DNA of 64,000 nucleotides from the human T2T-CHM13v2.0 reference genome, Homo sapiens (GCF_009914755.1 NC_060927.1); one strand, 5' to 3'. Shown: positions 11,787-25,416, counted from the stretch's first letter. Notes: generated from the letters alone by a model not told the origin. Program-made: numbers and translations.

Positions 11787-12682
11787 CGGTGATGGCGATA
11801 GTGGTGGTGGTGGTGGTGGTGGTAGTGGTAGTGGCAGTGGAGGTGGCAGTGGTGGTGGTGATGGTGGTGATGGTGGTGGTGATGGTGGTGATGGTGGTGG
11901 TGTTGGGGGTGATGGTGGCGATGGTGGTGGTGGTGATGGTGGTGGTGATGGTGGTGATGGTGGTGGTGTTGGGGGTGATGGTGGCGATGGTGGTGGTGGT
12001 GATGGTGGTGGTGGTGGTGATGGTGGTGATGATGGTGGTGGCAATGATGGTGGTGATGGTGGTGGTGGTGGTGATGGTGGTGGTGGCGATGGTGGTAGTG
12101 TTGGGGGTGGCAGTGATGGTGGTGATGGTGATGGTGGTGGTGGTGGTGGTGGCGATGGTGGTGGTGATGGTGGTGATGGTGGTGATGGTGATGGTGGTGG
12201 TGGTGGTGGTGGCGATGGTGGTGGTGATGGTGGTGATGGTGGTGGCAATGGTGATGATGGTGGTGGTGGTGATGGTGGTGGTGATGGTGGTGGCAATGGT
12301 AATGGTGATGGTGATGATGGTGGTGGTGGTGATGGTGGTGATGATGGTGGTGGCAATGGTAATGGTGATGGTGATGATGGTGGTGGTGGTGATGGTGGTG
12401 GTGATGGTGGTGGCAATGGTAATGGTGATGGTGATGATGGTGGTGGTGGTGATGGTGGTGATGATGGTGGTGGTGATGGTGATGGTGATGATGGTGGTGG
12501 CGATGGTGGTGGTGATGGTGATGGTGGTGGTGATGGTGATGGTGGTGGTGATGGTGATGGTGGTGGTAGTGTTGGTGGTGGTGGTGGTGATGGTGATGGT
12601 GATGGTAGTGTTGGTGGTGACGATGATGGTGGTGGTGGTGGTAGTGCTGGCGATGGTGGTGGTGGTGGTGGCAGCAGTGGCA
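11787..12682. repeat. Intron 7 (GGT/GAT)n trinucleotide low-complexity tract, ~900 bp
   Basis: Continuous ggt/gat/ggc/aat triplets. Confidence 0.97.
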
Positions 12683-13279
12683 GCATCTGTTGTATCAAGG
12701 CCTCACTCAGTTCTGAGGGATTTGCAGATGTTACTGCATTTAATCCTCACAATACAGTGAGGTAGATGCCACTGTAATCCCTTTTATACAGATGTGAAAA
12801 CTAAGAATCAGAGAGGGTCAGTAACTTGTCTGTGGTCACCAAGCTAGTAAGTGGGGGGATCAGCAGTTGAATCCATCACTGCCTAACTCCAGAAACTGGG
12901 TCTTAACCATCACAATACACTGTCCCTAGAGTCTGTCCCGCTCCAAACCCTCTGCTTGTTGAAGGGAAACAAACAGAAATGAGGCCTGAACTCTGTTGTT
13001 TTCACGCCCCTGTCTCATGACCAAGCGGACCTGCCAGTTTCTTGCAGCTAGCGATCAGATGTGGAATCGGTTAGAGCCTCCTACCTCTGCCCAGCCATCT
13101 TGTCCCCTCTCCTGCTCAGTGCTGGGGCTTGACGATGGGGGCTGGCTGACCCACTGACCCACTGCCCGCCTAGCTGGTTGACCAGCTGCTGACCGGCTAG
13201 CGGGATGAATGGACGCCTTGCAACCGCGAGGCAAGAGCCTGTGCACGGCAGAGGCCTGAGAGTCTCTCCTTTCCTGCAG

Positions 13280-13368
13280 TGGAGATGGCTATTTCGAAAA
13301 CAGCCCACTGATGTCCCAGCCAGTGTGGGAGAGGTATCGCCCTGATAGATTCCTGAATTCCAACTCAG
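13280..13368 (+). CDS. MUC4: MUC4 exon 8
   Basis: cag|T GGA GAT GGC; GDGYFENSPLMSQPVWERYRPDRFLNSNS; donor gtaaaa. Confidence 0.94.
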
Positions 13369-13700
13369 GTAAAAGTGCCACCTTATCACACCTGAGCTGG
13401 TCTCAAGCCCTCGCGTGTCCTCCAGCCCATACACCATCGCAGTCCTAGAGGGCACCTCCCTAACATCACGGCCATCCTGAAGGGCCTCCCCCACACAGTT
13501 CAACCTCCTACAGGTCTAGGTGGGATGTGGCACCACCCAGGGAGCAGCTGGCACCTCCTGCACCCCTGGACACAGCACAGTCTCAGAGGGGGCTACATCT
13601 CCTCCCTCAGATGAACCAGCCCAAGAGGGCTCTCGGGGGGCCCAGATCCTGGAAGTGAGGACAGGGTCTTGTGGGAGGTGGGATTTGAATGGGCAGTTCA

Positions 13701-14184
<484 letters not shown>

Positions 14185-14581
14185 TCAAAGAGCTTTCATG
14201 CGGGTAGAAAGACAAGCGTCAAGAGGCAAACAATGGCGCCTTCTCCATGACTCAGTCCAGAGGCCCCAATGGGAAAGAAATAATAGTTTCCAAAATGTGA
14301 TAGGTTGAAGGACATTTTAGCCTTAGAAACCAGCCACGTGAACTGTGAAGTGTAAATCCAGTTCTATTTGTTCTGTGGCAACCACGTTTGGTCGTCAGAA
14401 GCAGACGCTAAGTCAAGCGAGGGGCTTTGGGGGAGGAATTGTTGCCCATCTGACTTGGGTCCAAAGAGGTGAGAAGTGGCAGGAGGGGGTGCATTTGTGA
14501 GTTTTGGTTGACCCTAAAGCTGAGACAGGGCCTGCAGCCCCAGCCCTGGATAAGCCCTTTCCCCCCCATCCCCGACCTCAG

Positions 14582-14761
14582 GCCTCCAAGGGCTGCAGTT
14601 CTACAGGCTACACCGGGAAGAAAGGCCCAACTACCGTCTCGAGTGCCTGCAGTGGCTGAAGAGCCAGCCTCGGTGGCCCAGCTGGGGCTGGAACCAGGTC
14701 TCCTGCCCTTGTTCCTGGCAGCAGGGACGACGGGACTTACGATTCCAACCCGTCAGCATAG
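14582..14761 (+). CDS. MUC4: MUC4 exon 9 (NIDO/AMOP)
   Basis: GLQGLQFYRLHREERPNYRLECLQW...SCPCSWQQGRRDLRFQPVSI. Confidence 0.95.
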
Positions 14762-14908
14762 GTGACACCTCCTTCCCGCCCCCCACAAGCCCACCCACCA
14801 CCCTCTCTGCTCACGCCCTCAGCCTCTCCCCAGAAACAGCCCCTGCTTGTTCCCACCCCGCCCCTGGCAGCCCCGGCCTGGGCCTGAGTGGGACTGGACT
14901 TGTTTCAG

Positions 14909-15034
14909 GTCGCTGGGGCCTCGGCAGTAGGCAGCTGTGCAGCTTCACCTCTTGGCGAGGAGGCGTGTGCTGCAGCTACGGGCCCTGGGGAGAGTTTCGT
15001 GAAGGCTGGCACGTGCAGCGTCCTTGGCAGTTGG
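14909..15034 (+). CDS. MUC4: MUC4 exon 10 (AMOP)
   Basis: GRWGLGSRQLCSFTSWRGGVCCSYGPWGEF...PWQL. Confidence 0.95.
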
Positions 15035-15668
15035 GTGCGTGAGTCCGTGATCTCAACCCCACCTTCCCGGCCAAGTAGGGGACCCTCAGCATGAAGCCTC
15101 TCGTCCTCATTCCTTCCCAGACCCTTCCCCTCTCTGGGCCTCCACTTCCTGATCGGGTAACGTTAGGAAGCTTCCAACATCCCCACCAGCGGACATTCGG
15201 GGATGTATGAGCTGAGAGCCTCTTTCCTCATCTCTATACCTGGCTCCACATCCCCAGGCCAGAGTGGGGCCATTTCTCCAGGCAAGAAGAGAGCGCCTAG
15301 GCTGACCCCGTCCCTGTAGACCCAGATGAGCAGGATGTTTGGGGGAAGACTGAGAGTCAGCTCCCACAGAGACGCTCCAAGGGAGCTGGAGAGCGCAGGG
15401 GTGTGGGGTCACGTGGTCTGTGTCCTCCCGTTCTCTCCCCCGTCCCATGGCAGTTTCCACAGTTCCCAGACCGTCAGCTGTGCCCTCCCCACTCCCAGCA
15501 CGTTGAGAGCAGCAGTACTTGGCTCTCCACCCTCAAGACAGGAAATTTGCTTAGCTCCTACCATGCGCCCTGCTGCACAGTGGCCCCAATGCCTGCAAAA
15601 GAGACAGCACCCTATTCACTGCCCAAGGTCATGAGAAGGGCCATGCTGGATTCCAAAGCCATGCTCTT

Positions 15669-15792
15669 GCCACCAACACCGCCCTGCCCTACCAAGCTCT
15701 CCACCAACACCGCCCTGCCCTGCCAAGCTCTCCACCAACACCGCCCTGCCCTGCCAAGCTCTCAACCAACACCACCCTGCCCTGCCAAGCTT
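15669..15792. repeat. ~31-bp tandem repeat, ~4 copies (ccaccaacaccgccctgccctgccaagctct)
   Basis: Visible periodicity upstream of exon 11. Confidence 0.85.
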
Positions 15793-15835
15793 CTCCAGGT
15801 CCTCAACCTCCCCGACTCACTGCTGTTCTCCGCAG

Positions 15836-15955
15836 CCCAGGAACTGGAGCCACAGAGCTGGTGCTGCCGCTGGAATGACAAGCCCTACCTCTGTGCCCTG
15901 TACCAGCAGAGGCGGCCCCACGTGGGCTGTGCTACATACAGGCCCCCACAGCCCG
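15836..15955 (+). CDS. MUC4: MUC4 exon 11 (AMOP)
   Basis: AQELEPQSWCCRWNDKPYLCALYQQRRPHVGCATYRPPQP. Confidence 0.95.
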
Positions 15956-16351
15956 GTGAGCGACAGGGCCCAGGCCCAGGAAGAGCCTCTGGGGAGGGGG
16001 AGCTTCTGGGCTTCCGGGAGGTGGTTAAGGAGTAGGGGCAGAGCTGTGGCCACAAGGGAAGATGGAGATGACGCCAGTGATGGGTGGATGGTCAGTGGAG
16101 GGGCTTTGTACCTGAGTTGGGGAAGGAGTGAGAATAGCGGGGCACGAAAATGCAAGGAGGCTTGAGGGGAGGATTCTGTGCTCTGTGAACATCTCCCCAG
16201 CTGAGTCCGCCCGGACAAGTGCCCCAGTCGACTGCAGTGAGGAACCTCACCCTGAGTCCTCCTGGACAAGTGCCGCACCTGACTGCAGTGAGGAACCTCA
16301 GCCCTACACATGATTTGTCATGCTGAGGCAGCATCTCTTTTTTCCTTCCAG

Positions 16352-16560
16352 CCTGGATGTTCGGGGACCCCCACATCACCACCTTGGATGGTGTCAGTTA
16401 CACCTTCAATGGGCTGGGGGACTTCCTGCTGGTCGGGGCCCAAGACGGGAACTCCTCCTTCCTGCTTCAGGGCCGCACCGCCCAGACTGGCTCAGCCCAG
16501 GCCACCAACTTCATCGCCTTTGCGGCTCAGTACCGCTCCAGCAGCCTGGGCCCCGTCACG
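16352..16560 (+). CDS. MUC4: MUC4 exon 12 (vWD start; GDPH autocleavage site at 16363-16374)
   Basis: AWMFGDPHITTLDGVSYTFNGLGDF...SLGPVT. Confidence 0.97.
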
Positions 16561-17047
16561 GTGAGTGAGGGGTGCCGGGGACCTCCCTGCATTCCACCCA
16601 CAGGGACCTTCAGCCACATACTGAGGCCGAGGAGAAGGAAGAGAGCGAAGGAGGGGAAGCCGGGCAGGAGGGAGGGAGGACACAGCCCATCCACGCAGCT
16701 GTCCCGGAGTAAATCCTGGTGATGGTGGATTAGGGCTCTGGCCCCACGGTTTCCCAGCTGCTTGGCTTCGAAGAAACTACTTAATTTGGTTTTCTCCTAG
16801 TAAGAATGGGGATGACATTACCTGCCTCACGGGCTGTTGTAAGAGCTAAAGGGCATAATCCGAAAACCATGCCTGGCCCTGCCGAGCACACGGTAGACGG
16901 CGGCTGGCATCACCTCAGGCCGCGGCCTCCAGCGCCTTCCTCCCGGCCCAGGGCGCAGCTTCCAGCCCCAGGGGCTCTCCCAGCTGCTTTCCTGGGCGTC
17001 GGCTCCACCTGCGGGTCGGGCTCAGGCCCCCTCCCATCTCCTTCCAG

Positions 17048-17138
17048 GTCCAATGGCTCCTTGAGCCTCACGACGCAATCCGTGTCCTGCTGGATAACCA
17101 GACTGTGACATTTCAGCCTGACCATGAAGACGGCGGAG
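17048..17138 (+). CDS. MUC4: MUC4 exon 13 (vWD)
   Basis: VQWLLEPHDAIRVLLDNQTVTFQPDHEDGG. Confidence 0.95.
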
Positions 17139-17199
17139 GTAGGTTGGGGAGCGCCGGCCGCCCCCTCCCCGCACCGGGAGCAGCGAGGTGGGCGAGAAG

Positions 17200-17769
17200 C
17201 CGCGTTGCGGTGCAGGGCCGGGCGCGTGGCGGTGCAGGGCCGGGTGCGTTGTGGTGCAGGGCCGGGCGCGTGGCGGTGCAGGGCCGGGTGCGTTGTGGTG
17301 CAGGGCCGGGCGCGTGGCGGTGCCGCGCCGAGTGCTTTGCGGTGCAGGGCCGGGTGCGTTGTGGTGCAGGGCCGGGCGCGTGGCGGTGCAGGGCCGGGTG
17401 CGTTGTGGTGCAGGGCCGGGCGCGTGGCGGTGCAGGGCCTGGTGCGTGGCGGTGCAGGGCCGGGTGCGTGGCGGTGCAGGGCCCGGTGCGTTGCGGTGCA
17501 GGGCCGGGTGCGTTGCGGTGCAGGGCCCGGTGCGTGGCGGTGCAGGGCCGAGTGCGTTGTGGTGCCGGGCCCGGTGCGTGGCGGTGCAGGGCCCGGTGCG
17601 TGGCGGTGCAGGGCCGGGTGCGTGGCGGTGCAGGGCCCGGTGCGTTGCGGTGCAGGGCCGGGTGCGTTGCGGTGCAGGGCCCGGTGCGTGGCGGTGCAGG
17701 GCCGAGTGCGTTGTGGTGCCGGGCCCGGTGCGTGGCGGTGCAGGGCCCAGTGCGTGGCGGTGCAGGGCC
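17200..17769. repeat. Intron 13 GC-rich minisatellite, 22-bp unit ggtgcagggccgggtgcgtggc, ~26 copies
   Basis: Unit starts every 22 nt from 17209 to 17759; lies in a CpG-rich region. Confidence 0.96.
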
Positions 17770-17958
17770 AAGAGAGCGCAGCCTCTACCCCCGAGCGGGG
17801 CGTGCAGCTCGCCGGCCTCTTCTCCGCCTCCAGTGCAGACCCCTCCCGGCTTCAGCCCCAGGGGCGGGGTGGGGGTGGTGCGGGCCCGGCAGGGCGCGGG
17901 TTTGGTGCGGGCCGTGGTGCCGACCTGGCTTCCTCTCCGCTGCCTCCCGATGCTCCAG

Positions 17959-18126
17959 GCCAGGAGACGTTCAACGCCACCGGAGTCCTCCTGAGCCGCA
18001 ACGGCTCTGAGGTCTCCGCCAGCTTCGACGGCTGGGCCACCGTCTCGGTGATCGCGCTCTCCAACATCCTCCACTCCTCCGCCAGCCTCCCGCCCGAGTA
18101 CCAGAACCGCACGGAGGGGCTCCTGG
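17959..18126 (+). CDS. MUC4: MUC4 exon 14 (vWD)
   Basis: GQETFNATGVLLSRNGSEV...YQNRTEGLL. Confidence 0.95.
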
Positions 18127-18627
18127 GTGAGGGCGGCTCGGACCTGCCTCTGAGGCTCCGCGGAGCCAGCCGGAGCTCGGACCCCCACGCCGGCGGCCCG
18201 GGCAGCCCTGCTCGGCCTCCCTTTCTCCGCCTCCTTGGAGCAGAACCCTTGGGGCACAGAGCGGGCCGGGAGCCGAGGGGCTTCTCCAGCCTCCCCCGAG
18301 GCTCCCTTCCTGTCCTCCGCCCGCTCTAAGGGAGCATCAGGGGGGGCTGCGGGGAGGCGGGGGGCACAGCCATCCTTTCTCCCTTTCCTCTTGCCTCCCA
18401 CATCCTCCCGCCCTCCTCCACCGCTGCCCGCGTTTCCTCCCGCCCCTCCCGAAGGCAGACGGGCAGGGTGTGAGGGCCCGTCCTCCCGGCTCCCCTGGAG
18501 GCCTGACAGCAGGTGCAAGAGCAGAGGCTGCCAGGCCCTGGCCTCTCCCCACTGCGTCCGCCGGATGCTCCCCAGGAAGGGGACAGCCGCGTGCCCAGGG
18601 TGGCCAACCTCCCACTCTGTCCCTCAG

Positions 18628-18729
18628 GGGTCTGGAATAACAATCCAGAGGACGACTTCAGGATGCCCAATGGCTCCACCATTCCCCCAGGGAGCCCTGA
18701 GGAGATGCTTTTCCACTTTGGAATGACCT
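18628..18729 (+). CDS. MUC4: MUC4 exon 15
   Basis: GVWNNNPEDDFRMPNGSTIPPGSPEEMLFHFGMT. Confidence 0.95.
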
Positions 18730-19095
18730 GTGAGTCTGGGCAGGGTCCTGGGGCAGAGGGGCAGGTGAGGGGAGCCGGTATGTTTATGTCGTCCCCCTCG
18801 GCCCTGTAGGAAGCAGACCTCCATCCTCCCTAAGGTCTGAGGAATCTGTGCCCCCCCAGGGCTGTCCCCACCACCACCAGCCCACCTGCCTCTCTCTACC
18901 TGGAGGAGAGAATGGGGGACGTGGAGTGTCCTCTCTCACTGCAGCAGGTGTTTCTAGACTCAGAAGCTGGAAACCGCTCTGGCCCTGCACTCCCACCGCC
19001 CCGCTCCAAGCCATCTAAAGTGAGGGGTAGAGGTGGACACAGATGGAATAAGGCTGAGTGCCATGCCTGGTACCACCGCGCTCTGTGTGTTACAG

Positions 19096-19329
19096 GGCAG
19101 ATCAACGGGACAGGCCTCCTTGGCAAGAGGAATGACCAGCTGCCTTCCAACTTCACCCCTGTTTTCTACTCACAACTGCAAAAAAACAGCTCCTGGGCTG
19201 AACATTTGATCTCCAACTGTGACGGAGATAGCTCATGCATCTATGACACCCTGGCCCTGCGCAACGCAAGCATCGGACTTCACACGAGGGAAGTCAGTAA
19301 AAACTACGAGCAGGCGAACGCCACCCTCA
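19096..19329 (+). CDS. MUC4: MUC4 exon 16
   Basis: WQINGTGLLGKRNDQ...NYEQANATL; donor A|gtaagt. Confidence 0.95.
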
Positions 19330-19541
19330 GTAAGTGGCCCGAGGCCCGGGGAGGCCTTTTCAGAGTCGGGAGCAGATGAGGAGCTGCCCTTGCCTGACCC
19401 TGCTTTTCCCTGTGCATCTGCATTCACTGAGCAGATTCTTCCACTCCTGGCATTCCTCTGCTCAAACCCTTCAGAGACTTCCCTGGCTCTCTCCATCCTT
19501 GCAGTGGCCTTCGGCCCAGTTCAGCTTCTCAGAGCTCTTCT

Positions 19542-20388
19542 CCTAGTGCTGGACGCCTTCCCAGCCCCCTCCGTCCATCCTAGCGCTGGATGCCTTCCCA
19601 GCCCCCTTCACTCCATACTAGCGCTGGACGCCTTCCCAGCCCCTCCACTCCATCCTAGTGCTGGACGCCTTCCCAGCCCCCTCCACTCCATCCTAGCGCT
19701 GGATGCCTTCCCAGCCCCCTCCACTCCATCCTAGCGCTGGACGCCTTCCCAGCCCCCTCCATCCATCCTAGCGCTGGACGCCTTCCCAGCCCCCTCCATC
19801 CATCCTAGCGCTGGACGCCTTCCCAGCCCCCTCCACTCCATCCTAGCGCTGGAAGCCTTCCCAGCCCCCTCCACTCCATCCTAGTGCTGGACCCCTTCCC
19901 AGCCCCCTCCATCCATCCTAGCGCTGGACGCCTTCCCAGCCCCCTCCATCCATCCTAGTGCTGGACGCCTTCCCAGCCCCCTCCACTCCATCCTAGCGCT
20001 GGACGCCTTCCCAGCCCCTCCACTCCATCCTAGTGCTGGACGCCTTCCCAGCCCCCTCCACTCCATCCTAGTGCTGGACCCCTTCCCAGCCCCTCCACTC
20101 CATCCTAGTGCTGGACCCCTTCCCAGCCCCTCCACTCCATCCTAGCGCTGGACGCCTTCCCAGCCCCTCCACTCCATCCTAGCGCTGGACGCCTTCCAAG
20201 CCCCCTCCATCCATCCTAGCGCTGGACGCCTTCCCAGCCCCCTCCATCCATCCTAGCGCTGGACCCCTTCCCAGCCCCCTCCATCCATCCTAGCGCTGGA
20301 CGCCTTCCCAGCCCCCTCCACTCCATCCTAGCGCTGGACGCCTTCCCAGCCCCTCCACTCCATCCTAGCGCTGGACGCCTTCCCAGCT
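19542..20388. repeat. Intron 16 minisatellite, 37/38-bp unit cctagcgctggacgccttcccagccccctccactccat, ~22 copies
   Basis: Tandem array. Confidence 0.96.
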
Positions 20389-20399
20389 CCCTGCACTCC

Positions 20400-20790
20400 A
20401 GCCCCGCAGGCTCCTCTGTGTTCTTCAAACACGCTAGGTGCGCTCAGCTCCCAGGCTTCACACGTGCTGTTCTCTTGCCTGGAATACCCTTCCTTCCCTG
20501 GACAGCCACACGCTTGCCCCTCACCTCCTTTACGTCTTCATTCCAATGTCCCCTCCTTGGTGAGGCCTCTCTTGGCCGCCCTGTCTAAAATGTCACATTC
20601 GCCCACACTTCATGTTTGCCTTCCCTGCTTTATTTTTTTCTCCTTAGCATTTATAATTACTCAACATATTTTATAATTTTCACAGGTATCTTTTTAATTA
20701 TTCATTCATGACTGTATCCTCACCACCCAGAACAGTGCCAGCCACTTAGCTCAATAAATGTTTGTTAAATGACTGACTGAATGAATGTGT
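20400..20790 (+). mobile_element. L2 3' fragment
   Basis: Ends in ctcaataaatgtttgttaaatgactgactgaatgaatg, typical of an L2 tail. Confidence 0.55.
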
Positions 20791-20895
20791 GAAGCAACTA
20801 TGAAATGGAAATGGCAGGGCTCCGAGAAACAGACCCGTGAAGAGGTTTTACTCCCTCTCTATTTCTGGACAAATGCAATGTCCCTTTAGATGTGA

Positions 20896-21230
<335 letters not shown>

Positions 21231-21611
21231 CCCTTCAGGTTTTCAGCCCTTTGCCAAAGGTACAACCCTTTGGTCTAAGGGTACAACCCTTTGTAATGGT
21301 CCAAACAAATCTGCTCTCTAATTCACTTTTTGTCATACCCAGCATAGCACTGTGTTCAGGAAAGAATCTGAAAGGAGCTCTTTTTGAGGAGGTGGGGGGA
21401 GAGAAAGAGGCTAAAGATTTGGCTAGGTGGGCAGTACAGTCCCAGCCTGCTGTGCGTCAGTCGAGAGCAGGTACACAGAATAATTCCTTCTTCCAGAGGT
21501 GGGTCACAGTCCTGGGAATGCCTCACACATATTAGAGTTGAGAAAGAGAGGAGGCTGATAAAGCAGGAGACTGTCCTGCCTCGGAACCCCCATTCCCTCT
21601 TTGTGTTTCAG

Positions 21612-21749
21612 ATCAGTACCCGCCCTCCATCAATGGTGGTCGTGTGATTGAAGCCTACAAGGGGCAGACCACGCTGATTCAGTACACCAGCAATGCTGAG
21701 GATGCCAACTTCACGCTCAGAGACAGCTGCACCGACTTGGAGCTCTTTG
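21612..21749 (+). CDS. MUC4: MUC4 exon 17
   Basis: NQYPPSINGGRVIEAYKGQTTLIQY...CTDLELF. Confidence 0.95.
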
Positions 21750-22001
21750 GTAGGACTATTTGGCTGGCTGGGGAGAGTGGGGAGGTGGGTAGGGGATGAG
21801 GTCAGAGTCAAATTTGGGAAATTCTGCATTGCTACACCCAGCAACACTTGCTGTCACTCTTTCATTTGAATATCCAGGACCGGCATTTCCGAGGAGCGAT
21901 ATCTATAACTCAAATAGGTGCCCCCCAGTAAGTAGTAGTGACGGGCTTACGGCGGTTTGGCCAGATAGCTAGAGTGACTCTGGGCACATAGAACTGATTC
22001 A

Positions 22002-22313
<312 letters not shown>

Positions 22314-23555
22314 TCAAAGATCATTTAATCTCAATCTGATCATATATAGTCATCTTTAGTCATTATGCATTCACCAAATTATTAGAATAATCAAGTGCAA
22401 CATTTAAAATGACCAATTTACAACATTTTTATATCTATTAAAGGAAGGCTCTAATGTAGGACAAGATTTAAAGAAATATGAAAAATACTTTCGTTTGGTA
22501 CCTTTCTTGCTCTTTTTGTCTGGTAACCATGTTTACCTAGCCGTGTCTCTCCTTGTCTGGTTTCCTGGGCTAGGACCCAGTAGAGTGCCATCGCTCCCTC
22601 TCCGTAAAGGTGTTAGAGACCCCGAGCCCTACATCCATGATCAGGGCCAAAGGCTCCAAGCACAAGGGACGCTGCTTTCGTCTGTTGCCAGCACTAATTC
22701 AAAGGGTCCAAGGGCATCAAAGGGATGCCACTTTCTGTCTGTTGCCAGCACTAATTCTGAGGGTGACTGTTCTTGGCTAAACCAAAGCCCCGGGGGGCAT
22801 ATTTTGCGTTCTCTTTGCCTCTCTGCCTGATGTTCTTTTTCTCCGTGTCTCAGAAGGGACTGCTTTGCCTGCATCCCTTTTGCCCCACGTGCGTCCTCCC
22901 AGGTGCGAGACAATGGCACTGAGAGGTTTTCTTCTCCACGGGCCCCACCCCTGAAGGACGATGGTCTGGAAATTACGTTCGTCTATTCTCTGTCACTTCC
23001 TTTCAATCTGCTGTTTTAAGGAGACTTTCCTATTTTCTTGAAAAATATCAGTTTGATCTGAAGATATGTAGTAGTGTTTCACTACAGTCTGGTGTCTGAA
23101 GGGGGTGTCTGGGAAAGGTCCAGGAAGTGGGGGGTGGGTGAGAAATCAGGGCAAAGGATGGGGCTGCCGTGAGAGTGAAGCCAGTTTGGCCGGCAGCGCA
23201 GCCTGGGGAGGTGTCTGGAGGATCCTGGCCTTGATCCTCCATCCCCCAGGATGTCCCATCCTGGTGTGAGCCCAGCCAGGGCTGCCCTTTGGGGTTTCTT
23301 CAGGAGGAAACTGCTTTCCCCTCTGTGGCGTTCCCCGCTACAATCAGTATGTTGGACTGGTGCCACGTCCTTCCAGCTGGGAGCGTGACCAGGATCACCC
23401 CCGATACCAGCCTTGCTCAAAGGAAATGACCAATGAGATTTGTCTGGGGAGGGGGAGGGTGGCCTGAGAGGGGTGGGGGAAGCCCCGTATCAGCAATCAG
23501 ACCACAGAGCTGAGGAGTCTCCCAGCTCTCAACATTCTCATCTTCCCCGGGGCAG

Positions 23556-23737
23556 AGAATGGGACGTTGCTGTGGACACCCAAGTCGCTGGAGCCATTCA
23601 CTCTGGAGATTCTAGCAAGAAGTGCCAAGATTGGCTTGGCATCTGCACTCCAGCCCAGGACTGTGGTCTGCCATTGCAATGCAGAGAGCCAGTGTTTGTA
23701 CAATCAGACCAGCAGGGTGGGCAACTCCTCCCTGGAG
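23556..23737 (+). CDS. MUC4: MUC4 exon 18
   Basis: ENGTLLWTPKSLEPF...CHCNAESQCLYNQTSRVGNSSLE. Confidence 0.95.
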
Positions 23738-23923
23738 GTGAGTGTTGGGAGGTGGGGGAGGAGTTTCTGTGCCGAGGGGAGAGGAAATGGGAGTGGAATG
23801 GATGCTGTGATTCTGCCTGTCCTGGGTGTGTCTGTGTTGGGAGATGGGTGGAGCAGTGGTAGGTGAGTAGAGCAGATTCCAGTCTCAGGCCACAAACTCA
23901 CATGGGAAGAAAGAGAACTTTCT

Positions 23924-24378
<455 letters not shown>

Positions 24379-25416
24379 ACCTTACTTTATTGCTTATAGT
24401 TCAACTGGATTTTTATCTCCCACCTCCCCTTCTGCCAGGTTGGCAAGAAACTTCCACCTCCGTCTTTCTCACAGCGCCCCACAGCTCTGCGGCGAAGCCC
24501 AGCAGAGGGCCCTGCGGTGTGGGGTGGAAGGTGGTTGTGGGTCCCTGGGCGTGAGTCCACACAGGTTTCCATCACAGCTCCGCCCCACTTCCCCTTCAGA
24601 CCCAGGGAGAGGCTCTGCTGCTTCTGTGCCTTGCTCAGACACAGGACACCTTTTCTGAGGCCGCTTACAGTCCCGTCTGCCTAGAAGCACCCCACAGTCA
24701 TTTCTCCCTAGGATGTCATCATCACGGTGCTGGGAAGAGAGCTGCGGGTCCCTCTATCTTGACACCTCCAAGCCCCTTTGCTTTCTCTTTTACTATCTCC
24801 TTCCAGCTAAAAGAAACATCTTTTCCAGTTTGGAGAAACTACTTCTCCATGTTTCTAGCCAAGATACTTGGCCTAATTCCACGACTCTTGTCCTATCTGC
24901 TTTTTTATTTTTATTTTTGGTTGTAAAGGAAGAGCCAGAAAGGAAAGTGTTTATCTGGCAACACAAAACTACCTCCTTCACCACTTACACACACACGCAT
25001 GCACACGCACACACAGACACACACACACATCCTTCTGAAGCATGAGCAGAGAATGGGTACTCGAAAGGGATAGAGGTAGGGACGGTTGGTGGGGTAGGGG
25101 GTAGAAAAGCATAAAATACACAATGGGAAAAAGAGATTGAAATCAATATACTATTCCACAGATCCCCAAATATCCACTCTTGGGAGTAGCAAGTGTTAGA
25201 GGATTCCATTTTAGGGAGATTCCCCGAGTCGCTTCAGTAAGGGAGTTAGAAAGGGGAGCGCAGGGAGCTTGGTGAGGTCTCGGCGCCGCAGCCTTTGCTG
25301 AGCTGCTGTACTGGCTGCTGTGTTTTCTCACAGTGCTCAGCAGGGAGGCTCTGTCTTCTTGGTTTGGGAGTCAGCAAGGGAGGTCAATTTCAGCTTATAT
25401 GAAATCCAGTTTGCAG

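Noticed and set aside
11441-12765. Poly-Val/Met, Gly/Asp and extensin-like Pro/Ser ORFs
   Set aside because: Translation of a trinucleotide tract; no splice or promoter support.
17022-18518. 498-aa minus-strand ORF
   Set aside because: Explained by high GC content and the 22-bp VNTR; no domain resemblance.
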